This document shows positions 44,802 to 57,470 of a stretch of 64,000 nucleotides of DNA, piece by piece (position 1 is the first letter of the stretch; every line of letters begins with the position of its first letter). Made by a program: the position numbers and the translations under genes. The notes beneath the pieces are model-generated. The model had not been told where the DNA came from. It saw only the letters and a program-made list of their open reading frames with translations, and ran no database searches. Location of the stretch: assembly GCA_001600815.1 (NCBI GenBank), contig BCKZ01000003.1, positions 310,001-374,000 on the forward strand, in the 5' to 3' direction. This DNA is from Alloascoidea hylecoeti. Its lineage: Eukaryota.

Positions 44802-45728
44802 CTAAACTTGTTGTTCTGGTGTATCAGCAACAACAGCTGTTTCACCGGAAGCACGACCTTCATCTTCTGGGAATGGAGCAGTCTTTTCTTCTGAAGGCTT
44901 AACAGATCTCTTCTTTAATCCTAATCTATCGAAAGAAACATTGGAGGATGTAAATAAGAAAATTGCTGGGTAAATAATGAATAGGAAGAAATCCAAGACA
45001 CCATAAAAGATCTGTTCAGAATCTGGTTGAATAACATTACCACCTTCAGAGAGACCAAAACTAATTGGATAAATAAACCAGAAAAAGACAACAAGTGAGG
45101 CGTTAATAGTAAAGTACTTTCTAACATCACTACCAACATCGGAAGCAGACCTTCTTGTAAATGTAAATAAATTAAAAGCAGTCAAGAGATAAGAAGCAAC
45201 AGCGAAAGAGAAGTAACCCCATTTGTATGTTGACTTAATAAGAGAAGCAATCAATAAACCAACAATGTAAACTTCAGTCGTAATGATATTAAGAATAATA
45301 TGAGGCCAATCTAATCTTGCAAGTAATGATAAATTTGTAATAATGAATGGCCATGATAAAAACCAACCAACATATCTTGCGTAAAAGATTTGTCTAACAC
45401 CTGGAGTTTCACCTGTAATGGAGTCATTAACTGTAACATGATTGAATTCTGCTTGAATACCTGTCCAACCTAAATTAGAAGCAAGAGTAAAGTAAGTAAA
45501 TGCTAAAATAGCGGTAAGACCCAGAGTATTGTAATGGAAAGTTCTCTCAACTGGTTGACGAATGTATGTCAAAACAAGGTAAATCAATGTTGCTAAAGCA
45601 AATAACGAAAACAAAGTCCATAACCAATCGGAACCATGTTCTGTGATGTGAAAATCAATATCCGTTGTAGGATTAATTTTGACGGCTTCATTGCCAGCAC
45701 GCTTTAAAAGTTCCTGAATAGCTACCAT
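44802..45728 (-). CDS. Opsin-related 7-TM protein (Hsp30/Yro2/Mrh1 family)
   Basis: ITEHGSDWLW, ASNLGWTGIQAEFNH, RQIFYARY, STYKWGYF and LSEGGNVIQPDSEQIFYGVLD. Helix G reads DFFLF, so there is no retinal-binding Lys. Confidence 0.93.
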   Translation of the reverse strand: MVAIQELLKRAGNEAVKINPTTDIDFHITEHGSDWLWTLFSLFALATLIYLVLTYIRQPVERTFHYNTLGLTAILAFTYFTLASNLGWTGIQAEFNHVTVNDSITGETPGVRQIFYARYVGWFLSWPFIITNLSLLARLDWPHIILNIITTEVYIVGLLIASLIKSTYKWGYFSFAVASYLLTAFNLFTFTRRSASDVGSDVRKYFTINASLVVFFWFIYPISFGLSEGGNVIQPDSEQIFYGVLDFFLFIIYPAIFLFTSSNVSFDRLGLKKRSVKPSEEKTAPFPEDEGRASGETAVVADTPEQQV

Positions 45729-48609
45729 TGAAGTTCAATGTAATATTAAGATTGAGTAAGTGATATTAGTACTAATTGAAGTATGAAATAAAGGATTCAT
45801 GGGGAATCGAGGACTAATTTATACATTTTTGTTGTACTCAAATTAACTTCTCATCTCGTTAAGGAGAAAATTAAATTTGTTCCTAATCTAGAATCATAAT
45901 TGATGATCAAAAAGTAAAAGTATTTCCAAGAAACCAATAGAAATTTCGAGTCTACCTGGGGGTTGAGAGTGATCTCGATGGTTCTAGATTTCAAATACCA
46001 AATTGCTCCACACTAAATATGATGAAAATGTTTATGACCTTTCGGAATATGCGGGAGATCCAAATGCAGTAGTAAAGGTCATCGTCACATTATGCAACAA
46101 ATCTTAAATAGCCGTGCTCGAATATAATTCAGCAATTTGTAATATTTTGTATTATTTTGTATGTGAAGTGATGCTCTAAATGAGAATAATTATTCAATTG
46201 GAGACGTTAATTAATACGGCTTAAACGGCTTATGCTCTTAAATCTTTATGATTACAACCGATAAGTGCCGAGTTATTTAGTTACTTAGTAATATATATCG
46301 TTCCCTCATGACTTCATTATACGAGGACAAGGTATATTAGTTATTATTATGCCATAATTTGTATAAATCTATAATATCCCCTGCATACCAATTGGAAGCA
46401 ATATGAACATAAAACACTATAGCGCCAATTACTATTACGGGTACAACATCTCATTTAATTGACATCAACAATTAATTTTACAAATCGGTGTTCCAACACC
46501 GGTTCCGAAGTCAGTTAGCGTGTTTTCCTTTCTGTATTATTTGAGATCCCACCGGCGCAAGCGGAATAAAAAGAATTGCAACTGTGGATACATCATCACA
46601 AAAATAAATGGCTCTATATTTTAAACTTCAAAAGTAGGATAATATTCAGGGATAATTGCATAAGCTTAACCTTATGTAGATATGAATTGTGTATGTCGGA
46701 ATTTGCGTAATTTCGAACCTTACTGACGACGATATTGATATTGCGATAATCTGGCTGAAATTTTATAATTATAGGCCAGGAGTTTAATAATACTACCTGA
46801 TTTTATTTTTCAAATATAGTTGTAATAATGGATAATATTCAGGTGATACAATTGTGATTTAATCAAGATCATTGATCTTCATGACCAATATTATTATATA
46901 AACTTAACTTATATTAATATATTTGATAAACGTGTATACGCGTTTATATACCGGTATAATTCTATTCTAAATCAAAAACATTTCTAGATGAGCTAATTAT
47001 ATTAGTAAATTTGTAAATTTGAGATTGCAATTGATTCACAATCTTGACCAATATTAATATTAATATTAGCTATCTATTTGGTACAACTTGAATTCGGGAT
47101 CAGGAAAACTATTTCTACTTTTAGTTGTGATTTTAGGGAGTCTAGGGACATATAAATAATGCATATTGAGTACAATTAGATCTAACGCATCAACTGTTAT
47201 AAAATTTTAGCACTATCTATCAGGAAGTGCCTGTATATATTCAGATTCCCTATCTATAGGTATGGAACTATCATGCATACATTTTAAGACATTTAAATTT
47301 AAAGAGATTAATATTATATAGTTGAATCGATATTAATTTAATCACAATATTGAAAAATACTTTCATGATCATGATCAATCATATATAATTAGTAAACCAA
47401 CATATTAGTAATATCAATATTAATTTAAAACCGGTACCCAGGCTTAAATCTACTCTAGAATGTCCGATAGTTGAACTTACATTGGTTAATTACAACAAAT
47501 ATGATTACACCTCGAGCTCACTATGCAACTAATTTAATAAACAATGTTTTAGATTAGATTTAAAAAAATGGAACTAATAATAACTTAAAGCTTTCATTCT
47601 TAATGCTTATAATTAGTTTGTCCAGGAGTTATTAGGTAAATATTAATATGCAAATGTATTGTTAATATTAACTTATATAAGCTTATAATGATAATAACTA
47701 CCCACAATCACACAGCTGCAGAGGAATTATACCAATTATAGTCAACATGTACACACATACTACGTTATAAACATTATATACACGTATATAAAAAGTAATA
47801 TGCCACATGTCAAATAACAAATTTAAATGCTATATAGCAATTCTTATTGATTATACACACTATTACACAGCTGCAGCTGATCATATAACTGAACTGAAGG
47901 TTGATGAGTTCTATTTTGAAGAATCCTAGTTGAAAAAAACTGATAGATACAAATTTAAGGTACTGCTGCATTATTAGACTTGAAATTGAGACTAACATAT
48001 TGCAACTGAGTTAATTAGTACTGAAAATTTGCAAATTGCACAATAAATCTAACCAAGTAAATTTTATCAAACCTAATAAATTATAATCAATTTCGGGGTT
48101 TCCCCTTAGAATCAATTAATTATAATTAATATTATATGACTTATTAAGCGCTAGTAACGCAATTGCAATCGATGATTCGATATCAGTTCACATGTGTAAC
48201 CAATCTTCATGATTAGTAATTGCAATTATTAACCACACATTTATGTGTAGCTATTATTGTGTATAAGGCAATTACATGCTATCTTGAAAGTTCTAGTCGA
48301 GGGGGAGTTACAAGGTACGTAATTCCTTGAAGGTTTATTGATTGATTGTGAGTTGCAATTTTTTTCAATATTAATTCCAGATATTTGATCATGATGTTAT
48401 TGGAATCGATCATGCATATGGAGCGATGTAAGAAATGAAAAATATATTCATGGAATAATTCCTAATTAAGAAGTTCATTATAAACGAGATTTGTACTGTA
48501 ATTATAATGTATTAAACGCGTACCTGATCATGTGGAGGCGGTTCCGGGGGCATACAAACAAAGTGAGAATCTGATCATAGTAAGGTAACTACCAGGTTTG
48601 GATTAATAC

Positions 48610-48985
48610 ATATACAAAATTACCATATGTGGGATGGGCAAGAATGCTAAATTACTGTGAAAGGTAATTAATCAACTGCATTGCACCAAGAAACTGAGAG
48701 TAACTTTTTCAATACTCCAGAAATTAGCTTTCGATTATAAATTACATCATCTGAATGTAAATTATTATTATCATTAATGCTGCGATCCCTAGTAAATTTC
48801 ATTGTTGAAAACCTAAAACTTCACCACTTCAATAAAGACACGAATTTCATATCGTTTGATTCCACCCGGCTGCCAGTTCAATCGATTTGCTACCAAACTA
48901 TCCCCAAGTCTAGCATTGTGATTAAAGATAACTGATCACTTGAAATAACCTGTCACTTCCATAGGAACACGATTTTCATAATATA
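48610..48985. repeat. Dispersed degenerate repeat, copy B (homologous to ~31260-31720)
   Basis: Same colinear blocks as copy A, same orientation, with internal deletions. Confidence 0.8.
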
Positions 48986-49780
48986 TTATTATTTATTTAT
49001 TTAATAGACCTAGAAAGCAAATCACGACAATAACAGAAGTTTCAAAATACGGTAATTGAGCACTATATGAGTGACAGATGGTTCCATCTTTAAGACTTGA
49101 CATCCTCGAGAATATTTGATTTCTGATGAGAAGGTTGCTCATCAGATCTACTGCATATGTTTAATTTGAGCTCTATCGGCGCTAGTTCAAAGATGTGCCA
49201 GAGTTATGCAAGCAATTCACTGGAAAACTTGAATTGGTGATGTGATGGAGTTAATTCAGGTGTGAGGGTATCGTTAATAATCTATCTATTCTAAAAATTG
49301 GTGAAATAATGGCTCTATTCAACCCGCAGAACAACACCAAATACTTGTAAAATTTATAAAAAAAATTTATTAGGTTCTCCTGACTCTCACCTACAATAAG
49401 ATAAGTACCTTTTATAAATCATGAATAACTTTGTTAAATTTGAAAAAAAAAGTTCTATGATGCAAGTGTACTCGCGGTTGTTAAGCAACTTAATCTATAA
49501 GTTATTAGTATAGCGATATCTGTATCTACATAAATTTAAATACTTATACTATATACAGAATAATTAGGAAGAGAGCTTTTATTAGTGGTATATATATCTA
49601 TATATAGTATCATTAATATAAATGTTTTACGCTTCTAGTTAATATTAGTAGTAAAATAGATTTCAATTGGTTGATTGAAGTATTTGTGATGTTGGCAATT
49701 GGGGCAATGCCAAAATAAAATAAAAATTTGAATACTATATAACAGGGACAAAATCTAGTTTCATATTTTCAGATTATACA

Positions 49781-50265
49781 ATGGCTCCCACACTACAATT
49801 CTATGAAACTCTTGTTAAGAGAGGTAAGTTATATGGTATTATCTATGATAAGCAGGAAGTTAATGATATTAGATCATCACCATCATAATACATGGGATAC
49901 GTACTGTGAACATCATCATCATTGGAGATGTTCATCTGCTTGGCATAGATGGTAAGTAATCATCATATTAATGTAAAGATAACCATATAAATGTTAACCA
50001 TGAATATAAAAGGGGACGATGGGTTTTAATGACAGTTATATTATTCATTGCTTTAGTACTATTACTAAGTATATTTCTGATCAACCGCAGAAGAAGACAA
50101 AGAGGGTTGGAGCCACTAAGGGGGACAGCATGGGGTAAGAAGAGAAAAGAATATCAGCCAGCTGAGCCAGCTGAGTCAGCTAAGTATCACACCAGCGGAC
50201 CCAATGTTAAGTACACCCCAGTACAGGGTAATTATCCGCTGGCACATGGAAAAACTAATTTATGA
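49781..50265 (+). CDS. Rcr-family (Congo-red resistance) single-pass membrane protein with a His-rich N-terminus, 3 exons
   Basis: join(49781..49823,49873..49951,50013..50265), two GTAAGT..AG introns with phases preserved. Product has SAWHRWGRWVL-TM-NRRRRQRGLEPLRGTAW. Confidence 0.75.
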
Positions 50266-51063
50266 AACAATAAATTAATTTCTCAGTTCCCCTGCTCACC
50301 TACTTCGAATTCATTTGTTCCACGATTGTAATGATCATCGATATAAATATACTTTGTTTCAGGTAGTTTCTTCTCAATTGCCATTATATTTATTTTGCTG
50401 TGTTTGATTACTTGCCAATGCTGACATGTCTTATCAAATACTTTGTAAACTTATATCTCTACATGCCCCAATATTTAATCCAAGACATGCACTAGGCCTC
50501 TGATCAGTACATGCATTTTTGATAATTGGAACATATATTTACCTCTGTAGCTAGTGTTAAATATATAAATTTTGAATAGTGGTGAGCGCTAAACAAATGA
50601 ATTGGTCGTACGAGAGCAAATTGCGGAGGCTCAGCCAACACAATGGAATATTAGAATACTAGAAATGAGCCAGCATACAATGGGTATGCAGAATTATATG
50701 TCATGATCAAGTCTATTTAACTTGTATATTGTATATGGCTAGATTACGAAAAAAAAACGGATGTAGTAATGCATGTAATTCTCATGATGATAATTACCCG
50801 GTAGGGGATTTACTCACTAGGACCTATACTTAGAAGAAAAGAATCTATTCTTCTGCTATTAATTTGATATTTAGATCACAATCAATAGGTCTAATGGCTC
50901 AAAGCTTATGGAATGGAATTTTGCACCAATTGTTTAGTGTTCAACACCATCCAATTAATAATTCAGGTATGTGGAAAGGCATTATGGATTAATAGCGTCA
51001 CGTGAAGTATCAAGGGCATTTTTAGATCTAACACGGTTGATGGTCTTCCATAAATATACAAAA

Positions 51064-51443
51064 ATGTCAGAAGCTAAAGTATGGTCTTTTAACACTTTAA
51101 TATTAAATCTTTAATCTTTTATTATTATTATTACTCCAATACATTATATTGACTTTAATTTTCTTTGTTGTGGTAGAAAGAAGTTGAACAATTAAGAGGA
51201 TTACGTGCTGTTTTAGAAGTCGTTCAACAGTTTTCATCCAAATTATATGAAGATTTAGAATCCGCGGCTAATAATCATAAAATCATTTCAAGTAAGTTAA
51301 TTTTTTATTACTAGTACTATAATAACCTTTAAATGAATCATATCTTTTGTGAAGCTAATTGTTTATTTTTAATAACAATAGAAAATGCATTGGAATTGCA
51401 AAGTGTTGTCGAAACAGCTAAACGGGTTGATTTAGATAATTAA
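51064..51443 (+). CDS. Small 63-aa predicted coiled-coil protein, 3 exons, unidentified
   Basis: join(51064..51078,51177..51291,51382..51443), introns GTATGG..TAG and GTAAGT..GCTAAT..TAG. The joined frame is open from an AAAATG start to TAA. Confidence 0.65.
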
Positions 51444-53899
51444 GGTTAACGATTGTTTTTTATGATAATATTTATATATTACAATCCAGTATATGAACCT
51501 GAAAACTATAGAAATACACGATATAAATTTAAAGGCAATGTGATATGACCGGATATGACCCTCCAAAATAAATCAAAATTTCTTAAAACACCTAAAACTA
51601 TAACCAGATTTATCTTAAGGTTCTGCTTTATGGATATGTATCCATCTAGTTTTGCCTTGTGTGCTTAATCATCTTCATTCATCCCCCCCTTTTATTTAAC
51701 TTTTCGACTACAACCTCCTTACCACGTCAATGGAGGATTCTGTACTAGCTGAGTATATTTTATTTCTTTTACCGGTCTTCTCATACTTTTTCTATCACTC
51801 TTAATGAATTGTTGACCTTTGTTGTAGCGTTGAGGAAAAGGAATACTCCTCTAATACGAAACTAGTACTTCATTTACAGCTCATTATATTTAAATGGTAA
51901 TTGATGATGTCCCTCATACCAAGTAGCAACAAGTTTATAGTAGTCAATTGCGAGAAGAACCCTCACCTACTACACAAGCTGAGTTGTTTATTTCTATGGG
52001 CTAAGTATTAATATTAGATGAATTTATCGGTTTACAAATAATCAAAAGATAAGATGAACAATACTATTAAAACATCAAAACATCACAAAAAAGCAAAAAT
52101 CTCACTCTTATTTCTTCCAGTTCAATCTAAGTTTTTGGTTTGATAAACAATCCGGAGCTTCAATTGATTTCCTAAATATAGCTATAATGTTTAATGTAGA
52201 GGGTCCTTTTAAATTTTCTGTTGGAATATCCATTTTTGCAATTGCAACTGAATTGTAAAGTGAGTCATGGTGTCAATGCCTATATAGTAAAGAAATTTTT
52301 TGACTTAGCTCACCAATTTCAAGTCTAGAGGGAAATTTCAAAGAAGAGTCATCATATTATATTATGATGATCATAAGGTTAATTCCGCACAAAATAAGGT
52401 TATTAAAGAACAAGAAAACGAAAAAGAATGTTTTTGTTCAAATTTATGGCTTAATCTTTAAGTTTTAATTCCTCATGAACATTTGAAATTACATTTATTT
52501 CTAGTTATAGGGAGTATGGAGTTCATTAGGTACACTTGACTGTGAATGTTTTTAAAAAAACAATTATAAAGAGTTGAGTAAAGCTAGATAAACTTATAAT
52601 TTTATCAAGATTAGAAAATTTGTGTCCATTTTATTAAGGGTCATGTCGTAGATATTTTCATTCCGAAATAAGAATAATTTAAGAATTTCGCAAGAAAATG
52701 GAATTATCGCAAGAAAATGTATCTAGATCTAGACCTAGCGAGTAACTTTGAATTCTATATAAATAACAATTGTACCACTTCGTGATGGATAATATATTCG
52801 AACACGTTGATGAAGATGATCAAGGAAAACATCTTCTCCTAGAGTTAACGACAAATACTCTGCTTCTAAGTGAATTTGCTTGTTTAAATACAGAGTATTT
52901 AAATTTATCTCTTCCCTTATGAGAATATGGTTTCGTTAATTTATGAAGCTCACACAGTAGATTTTTGTCAAGATCCAATCGGTATATATGCAAGATTAAA
53001 GCGATATTCCACTTCAGGTATGATCTCTTTCAAATTCATATGCATATTCAAAAGTCTAACTAAAAGACTATTGATATCTTGTAAGCATATGAAAGAAATA
53101 ATGGAATTTCAAAGTTGTGTCTTAAAAGCTATTTTTGCAGCTGAATATTTATCTTAAAAAATTATAAATAATCCATTTAAAGTGATTTCGTATTTATGAT
53201 CTGGAATTAAGATAAAGCAAAATTCATATACATGTATGTAATGGTTCGCTATCTAATTCTGTTTCGTTTCTCTTTAATAAGCGCGCGTAAATAAACACTT
53301 GCGACCAAAAACGATTCGTTCATATTTTTTTTTTACACGGTAAATCGCTGTGTAATCTATTTTCTGTTAAATAAGATAATAGCTCATATCCATAGTCAAT
53401 TACATCAATGACATTTTATTTTATATTTTGGTTGACAATCCGTGTATATAACGGATAATACTTGTAATATTTTCCGAAATTTAGCAGTCAACATGGCCTA
53501 AATTAAGTGTATTGACAGTAATATACGACTTAAATTTAATCACAAAAATAATCTTGAAATAGACCGTATGTGTATAAAACCTTGGACTCAAACTACTCGA
53601 TTACAAGCAAAAAATTGAAATTGCAAGTGTATCCCATGTCAATATTTCAAATCATAACGTTACCATTCCCATTAACATGATAAAGCAAATATAAAAACAA
53701 TAACAAATAGTAGCAGTAAGAATATAAATAAACAACAAAGATAAAGAAAAAAAAACAAAAAAACAATCATAAACGAGTAATGGAAATCTCCATCTCAAAC
53801 AAATGTATAAAAATAACATAATAATTTCAACACTGATTTCAATTTCATGATCACTTTCACAAGACAATTTCTATAATTAATCTTATATTTTATAGGGTA

Positions 53900-55207
53900 T
53901 TAACTTGTCGAACTTGTCGAACTTGTAGAATTAAATAAAAATCTCCACATTCGATTATACCAAAGATCATGTTGTTCATGAATAACATTAATAGCAACAC
54001 CATTTTCCAAATCTTCATCTCTTAACAATAAAGGAGTTGTATCATTAATTATAGAACCACTACCATTAAAATCTTCGTTATTAATATCATTTCTTCTAAC
54101 TCCAAGAATATTATTACATCGTGATTTTTTGGAATCAAAAGCGGTAACATCTCTTTTACATAAAGGACAAGTTTTTTTCTCTTGAATTAACCATTTTTTA
54201 ATACATTTCGCATGATAAAAATGATTACATGGTAATTTAATTAATTCTGATGTACCATTGATATAATTATCTAAACAAATTATACAATGATTTATTGTAC
54301 CATTTGAAATTGATCCATGATTAAAAATTGAGTCATTAACTTGTTCTTTTGAATAGATTATAATTGGTAAATTATTAACAAATTTAATTGGAGCTCTCAT
54401 TTTATAATTTTCATATTGTTGATGCCAAATAACAATTAAATAAATTAATCCTAAACCAACTAGTGGTAAGATTAATAAAAAAATAAAAGTATTCCATATA
54501 ACTGAATCATAATATTCATCATTTCCATTTTCATCATTTAAATCGGGTATTAAATTAATTTCTTTAATTTCATTTAAAATTAATATATTATATGAAGTTT
54601 GAGATATAAAGATTGATGGGATATGAATTTCATTTGGGATAAGTGATGATAATGGTGAATACATTGTAATTAAAGATGGAGAAATTTCATTATTTGCAAT
54701 AATTATAGCTTTATAACCTTGTGATTGCAAATATAAAACTTTTTGATAAAATGTACAACCACCGCGTTTAACTAAAGCAATATATTTTGAATTATCATTT
54801 ATAATTGTTGAATTGATTTCAAGATTTGAAGTATGTAAATGTGCATTAGGACAGGCTAAATCATCGATCTTTTTTAAAACTCCATTAAAAGCATGGCATT
54901 CAGAATCAGGATCATTGTTAATTTGGAATAAATCCCATGGATATTTATTCCCACTTTCTTGTAAATCATTTCTATATTTTCTGGAATCTATTTTATCAAG
55001 CCTGCAATCACCTTCACTTTTAGGCACGGGAGTGCCAAACATGGCTTGTCTTCCAAGTATTGCAAATGGTTCATCTGGATTGATTGGCCTGATTAGTATT
55101 GAAGTTGGCAGTATGGAGCTGAATGGCGAATCTCCGTTTCGATTATTGTAGATTGAGAATAGGGATAAAAACAGGAGGATGGGCAGGAAGAAGGAGCCTG
55201 TGTTCAT
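53900..55207 (-). CDS. PA-TM-RING E3 ubiquitin ligase (RNF13/RMR-like architecture)
   Basis: Signal peptide from MNTGSFF (55207), PA domain IALVKRGGCTFYQKV, a TM helix and RING-H2 CIIC..LPCNHFYHAKC..CPLC. Confidence 0.88.
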   Translation of the reverse strand: MNTGSFFLPILLFLSLFSIYNNRNGDSPFSSILPTSILIRPINPDEPFAILGRQAMFGTPVPKSEGDCRLDKIDSRKYRNDLQESGNKYPWDLFQINNDPDSECHAFNGVLKKIDDLACPNAHLHTSNLEINSTIINDNSKYIALVKRGGCTFYQKVLYLQSQGYKAIIIANNEISPSLITMYSPLSSLIPNEIHIPSIFISQTSYNILILNEIKEINLIPDLNDENGNDEYYDSVIWNTFIFLLILPLVGLGLIYLIVIWHQQYENYKMRAPIKFVNNLPIIIYSKEQVNDSIFNHGSISNGTINHCIICLDNYINGTSELIKLPCNHFYHAKCIKKWLIQEKKTCPLCKRDVTAFDSKKSRCNNILGVRRNDINNEDFNGSGSIINDTTPLLLRDEDLENGVAINVIHEQHDLWYNRMWRFLFNSTSSTSSTS

Positions 55208-55272
55208 GTTTGTGTCTGCTGCTACGTACAAGGAAAGTCGAGGGTGGCAGATAAGACTCTGCATGCGCCCAC

Positions 55273-55367
55273 CACGTGATTTCCGCATCACGTGCCTAGG
55301 ATCGCCTTGAATCGACCCTCGTCACCTGACCCGCTCAGGTGACCTCTGAGGGCGTCTACAGCACGTG
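55273..55367. promoter_or_regulatory. E-box cluster in the RING-ligase/UGP1 divergent promoter
   Basis: CACGTGAT-n6-ATCACGTG (55273-55294), GTCACCTGA-n5-TCAGGTGAC (55321-55343) and CACGTG (55362). Confidence 0.55.
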
Positions 55368-55559
55368 GCCACTTTTAATTTCAGTTCTAGTTAAGGCGAC
55401 GTTGTTGCATTTCCAGCCTGCCTGGCATTATCCAATTCACTGTAATTTCGCATATAAGCTGGCATTTCCCCCTTCTCCTTCTTTTTTTTCCTTCTTTTCT
55501 TCCACAAACACCTTTTTCCCTTTGTCCGTGCATCAATTGATCTTCACGACCTTACTAAA

Positions 55560-57140
55560 ATGCTCGGTGCCCCTTCCAGAAAACACCCAAGAACTCAAAG
55601 CTCCTATGTATGTCTTCTTGTCTTGTTCGTTACTCTACTTCTGTCCATAAACTAACCTTAACTTTAAACTACAAAACAGGCCTTTGAAAGTACTTCTACT
55701 AGCATCGCTGCTTCTCAAATGAGAAACTCTTTAAATAGACTAGCGGATGCAATTGAATCTCCATTATTAAAAATGAAATTTGAAAATGAAATGGACAGCT
55801 TTTTTCAATTGTTCAGAAGATATCTTCATGACAAGGCCAGTGGTAATGCTGTTAAATGGCAAAATATTCAACCACCAAATCCCGAACAAGTGGTTGATTA
55901 TAAGTCTTTAGAACAAGGTGAAGAAGTTGGAAAAGAATTCCTTAGTAAATTGGCCGTTTTGAAATTAAATGGTGGTCTCGGTACATCAATGGGATGTGTT
56001 GGTCCAAAATCAGTTATTGAGGTACGTGACGGTAACACGTTTTTAGATTTGTCAGTTCGACAGGTTGAATATTTAAATAAAAAATATGATGTTGATGTAC
56101 CTTTCATTTTAATGAATAGTTTTAATACTGATGATGATACTCAATTATTAATTAAAAAATATGAAAGTCATCGTGTTAGAATTATTACTTTTAATCAATC
56201 TCGTTATCCAAGAATTTTTAAAGATTCTTTATTACCTGTTCCAAAAGATTATAATGCAAAAGTTGATTCTTGGTATCCTCCTGGTCATGGTGATTTATTT
56301 GAATCTATAAAGGCTTCTGGTGTTTTAGAAAGATTAATACAAGATGGTAAAGAAATTTTATTTGTTTCAAATATTGATAATTTAGGGGCTGTTGTTGATT
56401 TATCAATTTTAAATCATATGATTAAATCTGAATCTGAATATATTATGGAATTAACAAATAAAACAAGAGCTGATGTTAAAGGTGGTACAATTATTGATTA
56501 TGATGGTTCTGTTAGATTATTAGAAATTGCTCAAGTTCAAAAAGATCATATTGAAGAATTTAAATCAATTAAAAAATTCCGCTATTTTAATACAAATAAT
56601 TTATGGATTAATTTAAAAGCAATTAAAAAATTAGTTGAAAGTGATGAATTAGCTTTAGAAATTATTCCAAATGTTAAAACCATTTCAGTTGGTTCATCAG
56701 ATGTTTCTGTTCTACAATTGGAAACTGCTGTTGGTGCAGCAATTAAATATTTTAAAGGATGTCATGGTGTTAATGTACCAAGATCTCGTTTCTTACCTGT
56801 TAAAACATGTTCTGATTTATTATTAGTTAAATCAGATTTATATGATATAATTCATGGTTCTTTACAAATTGATCCTGGTAGATTTGGTCCACAACCTTTA
56901 ATTAAATTAGGTTCTCATTATAAAAAAGTCTCAGATTTTCAAAAAAGAATCCCTCATATACCAAAAATCTTAGAATTAGATCATTTAACAATTACTGGTA
57001 ATGTTACATTAGGTAGAGATATTCAATTAAAAGGTACAGTTATTATTGTCTGCACTGATGGTCAAAAAATTGATATCCCAAATGGTAGTGTTTTGGAAAA
57101 TGTTGTTATTACTGGTTCTTTGTCTATTTTGGAACATTAA
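55560..57140 (+). CDS. UGP1: UTP--glucose-1-phosphate uridylyltransferase, 2 exons
   Basis: join(55560..55607,55680..57140), intron [39 protein letters not shown] and RFLPVK motifs. Confidence 0.97.
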
Positions 57141-57373
57141 AGAGATTCTCATTTAAAAGAGAGAAACAAGCTTTAAATAAGATTTTTAGGTGAATTAAAC
57201 ATTATTGGAATAAATAGATATCAAACTAGTATAGAGATGTGATTGATGTGAAGTATAAATTGAAAAGCATAGATTAGCTGGTACATATAATGAACATAAA
57301 AGAATAAATAATTAATTATTAGCACATAACTTATAAATTTTAAAGAATACTTAATGTAGATAATTGTACCGGT

Positions 57374-57470
57374 GTAATTCATTCCACTTCATTAAGTTCA
57401 AAATATCGTTGAATGGCACATGGGCGGCTAATTAGTTAAATAGTAGACGAAATTAAGTGGATTGTGGTTA
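57374..57470. mobile_element. Degenerate ~96-bp mini-MITE of the same TIR family as 32458-32680
   Basis: TAATTCATTCCACTTCATTAAG on the left and GTAGACGAAATTAAGTGGATTGTGGTTA on the right. Confidence 0.45.

Noticed and set aside
44802..45728. Light-driven rhodopsin
   Set aside because: The retinal-binding lysine in helix G is absent (DFFLF), as in Hsp30/Yro2-type opsin-related proteins.
45729..49780. Centromere in this or other long AT-rich gene-free intervals
   Set aside because: No CDE-like elements, inverted flanks or LTR clusters were seen. A long promoter plus repeat debris explains it equally well; CENP-A ChIP or Hi-C would be needed.
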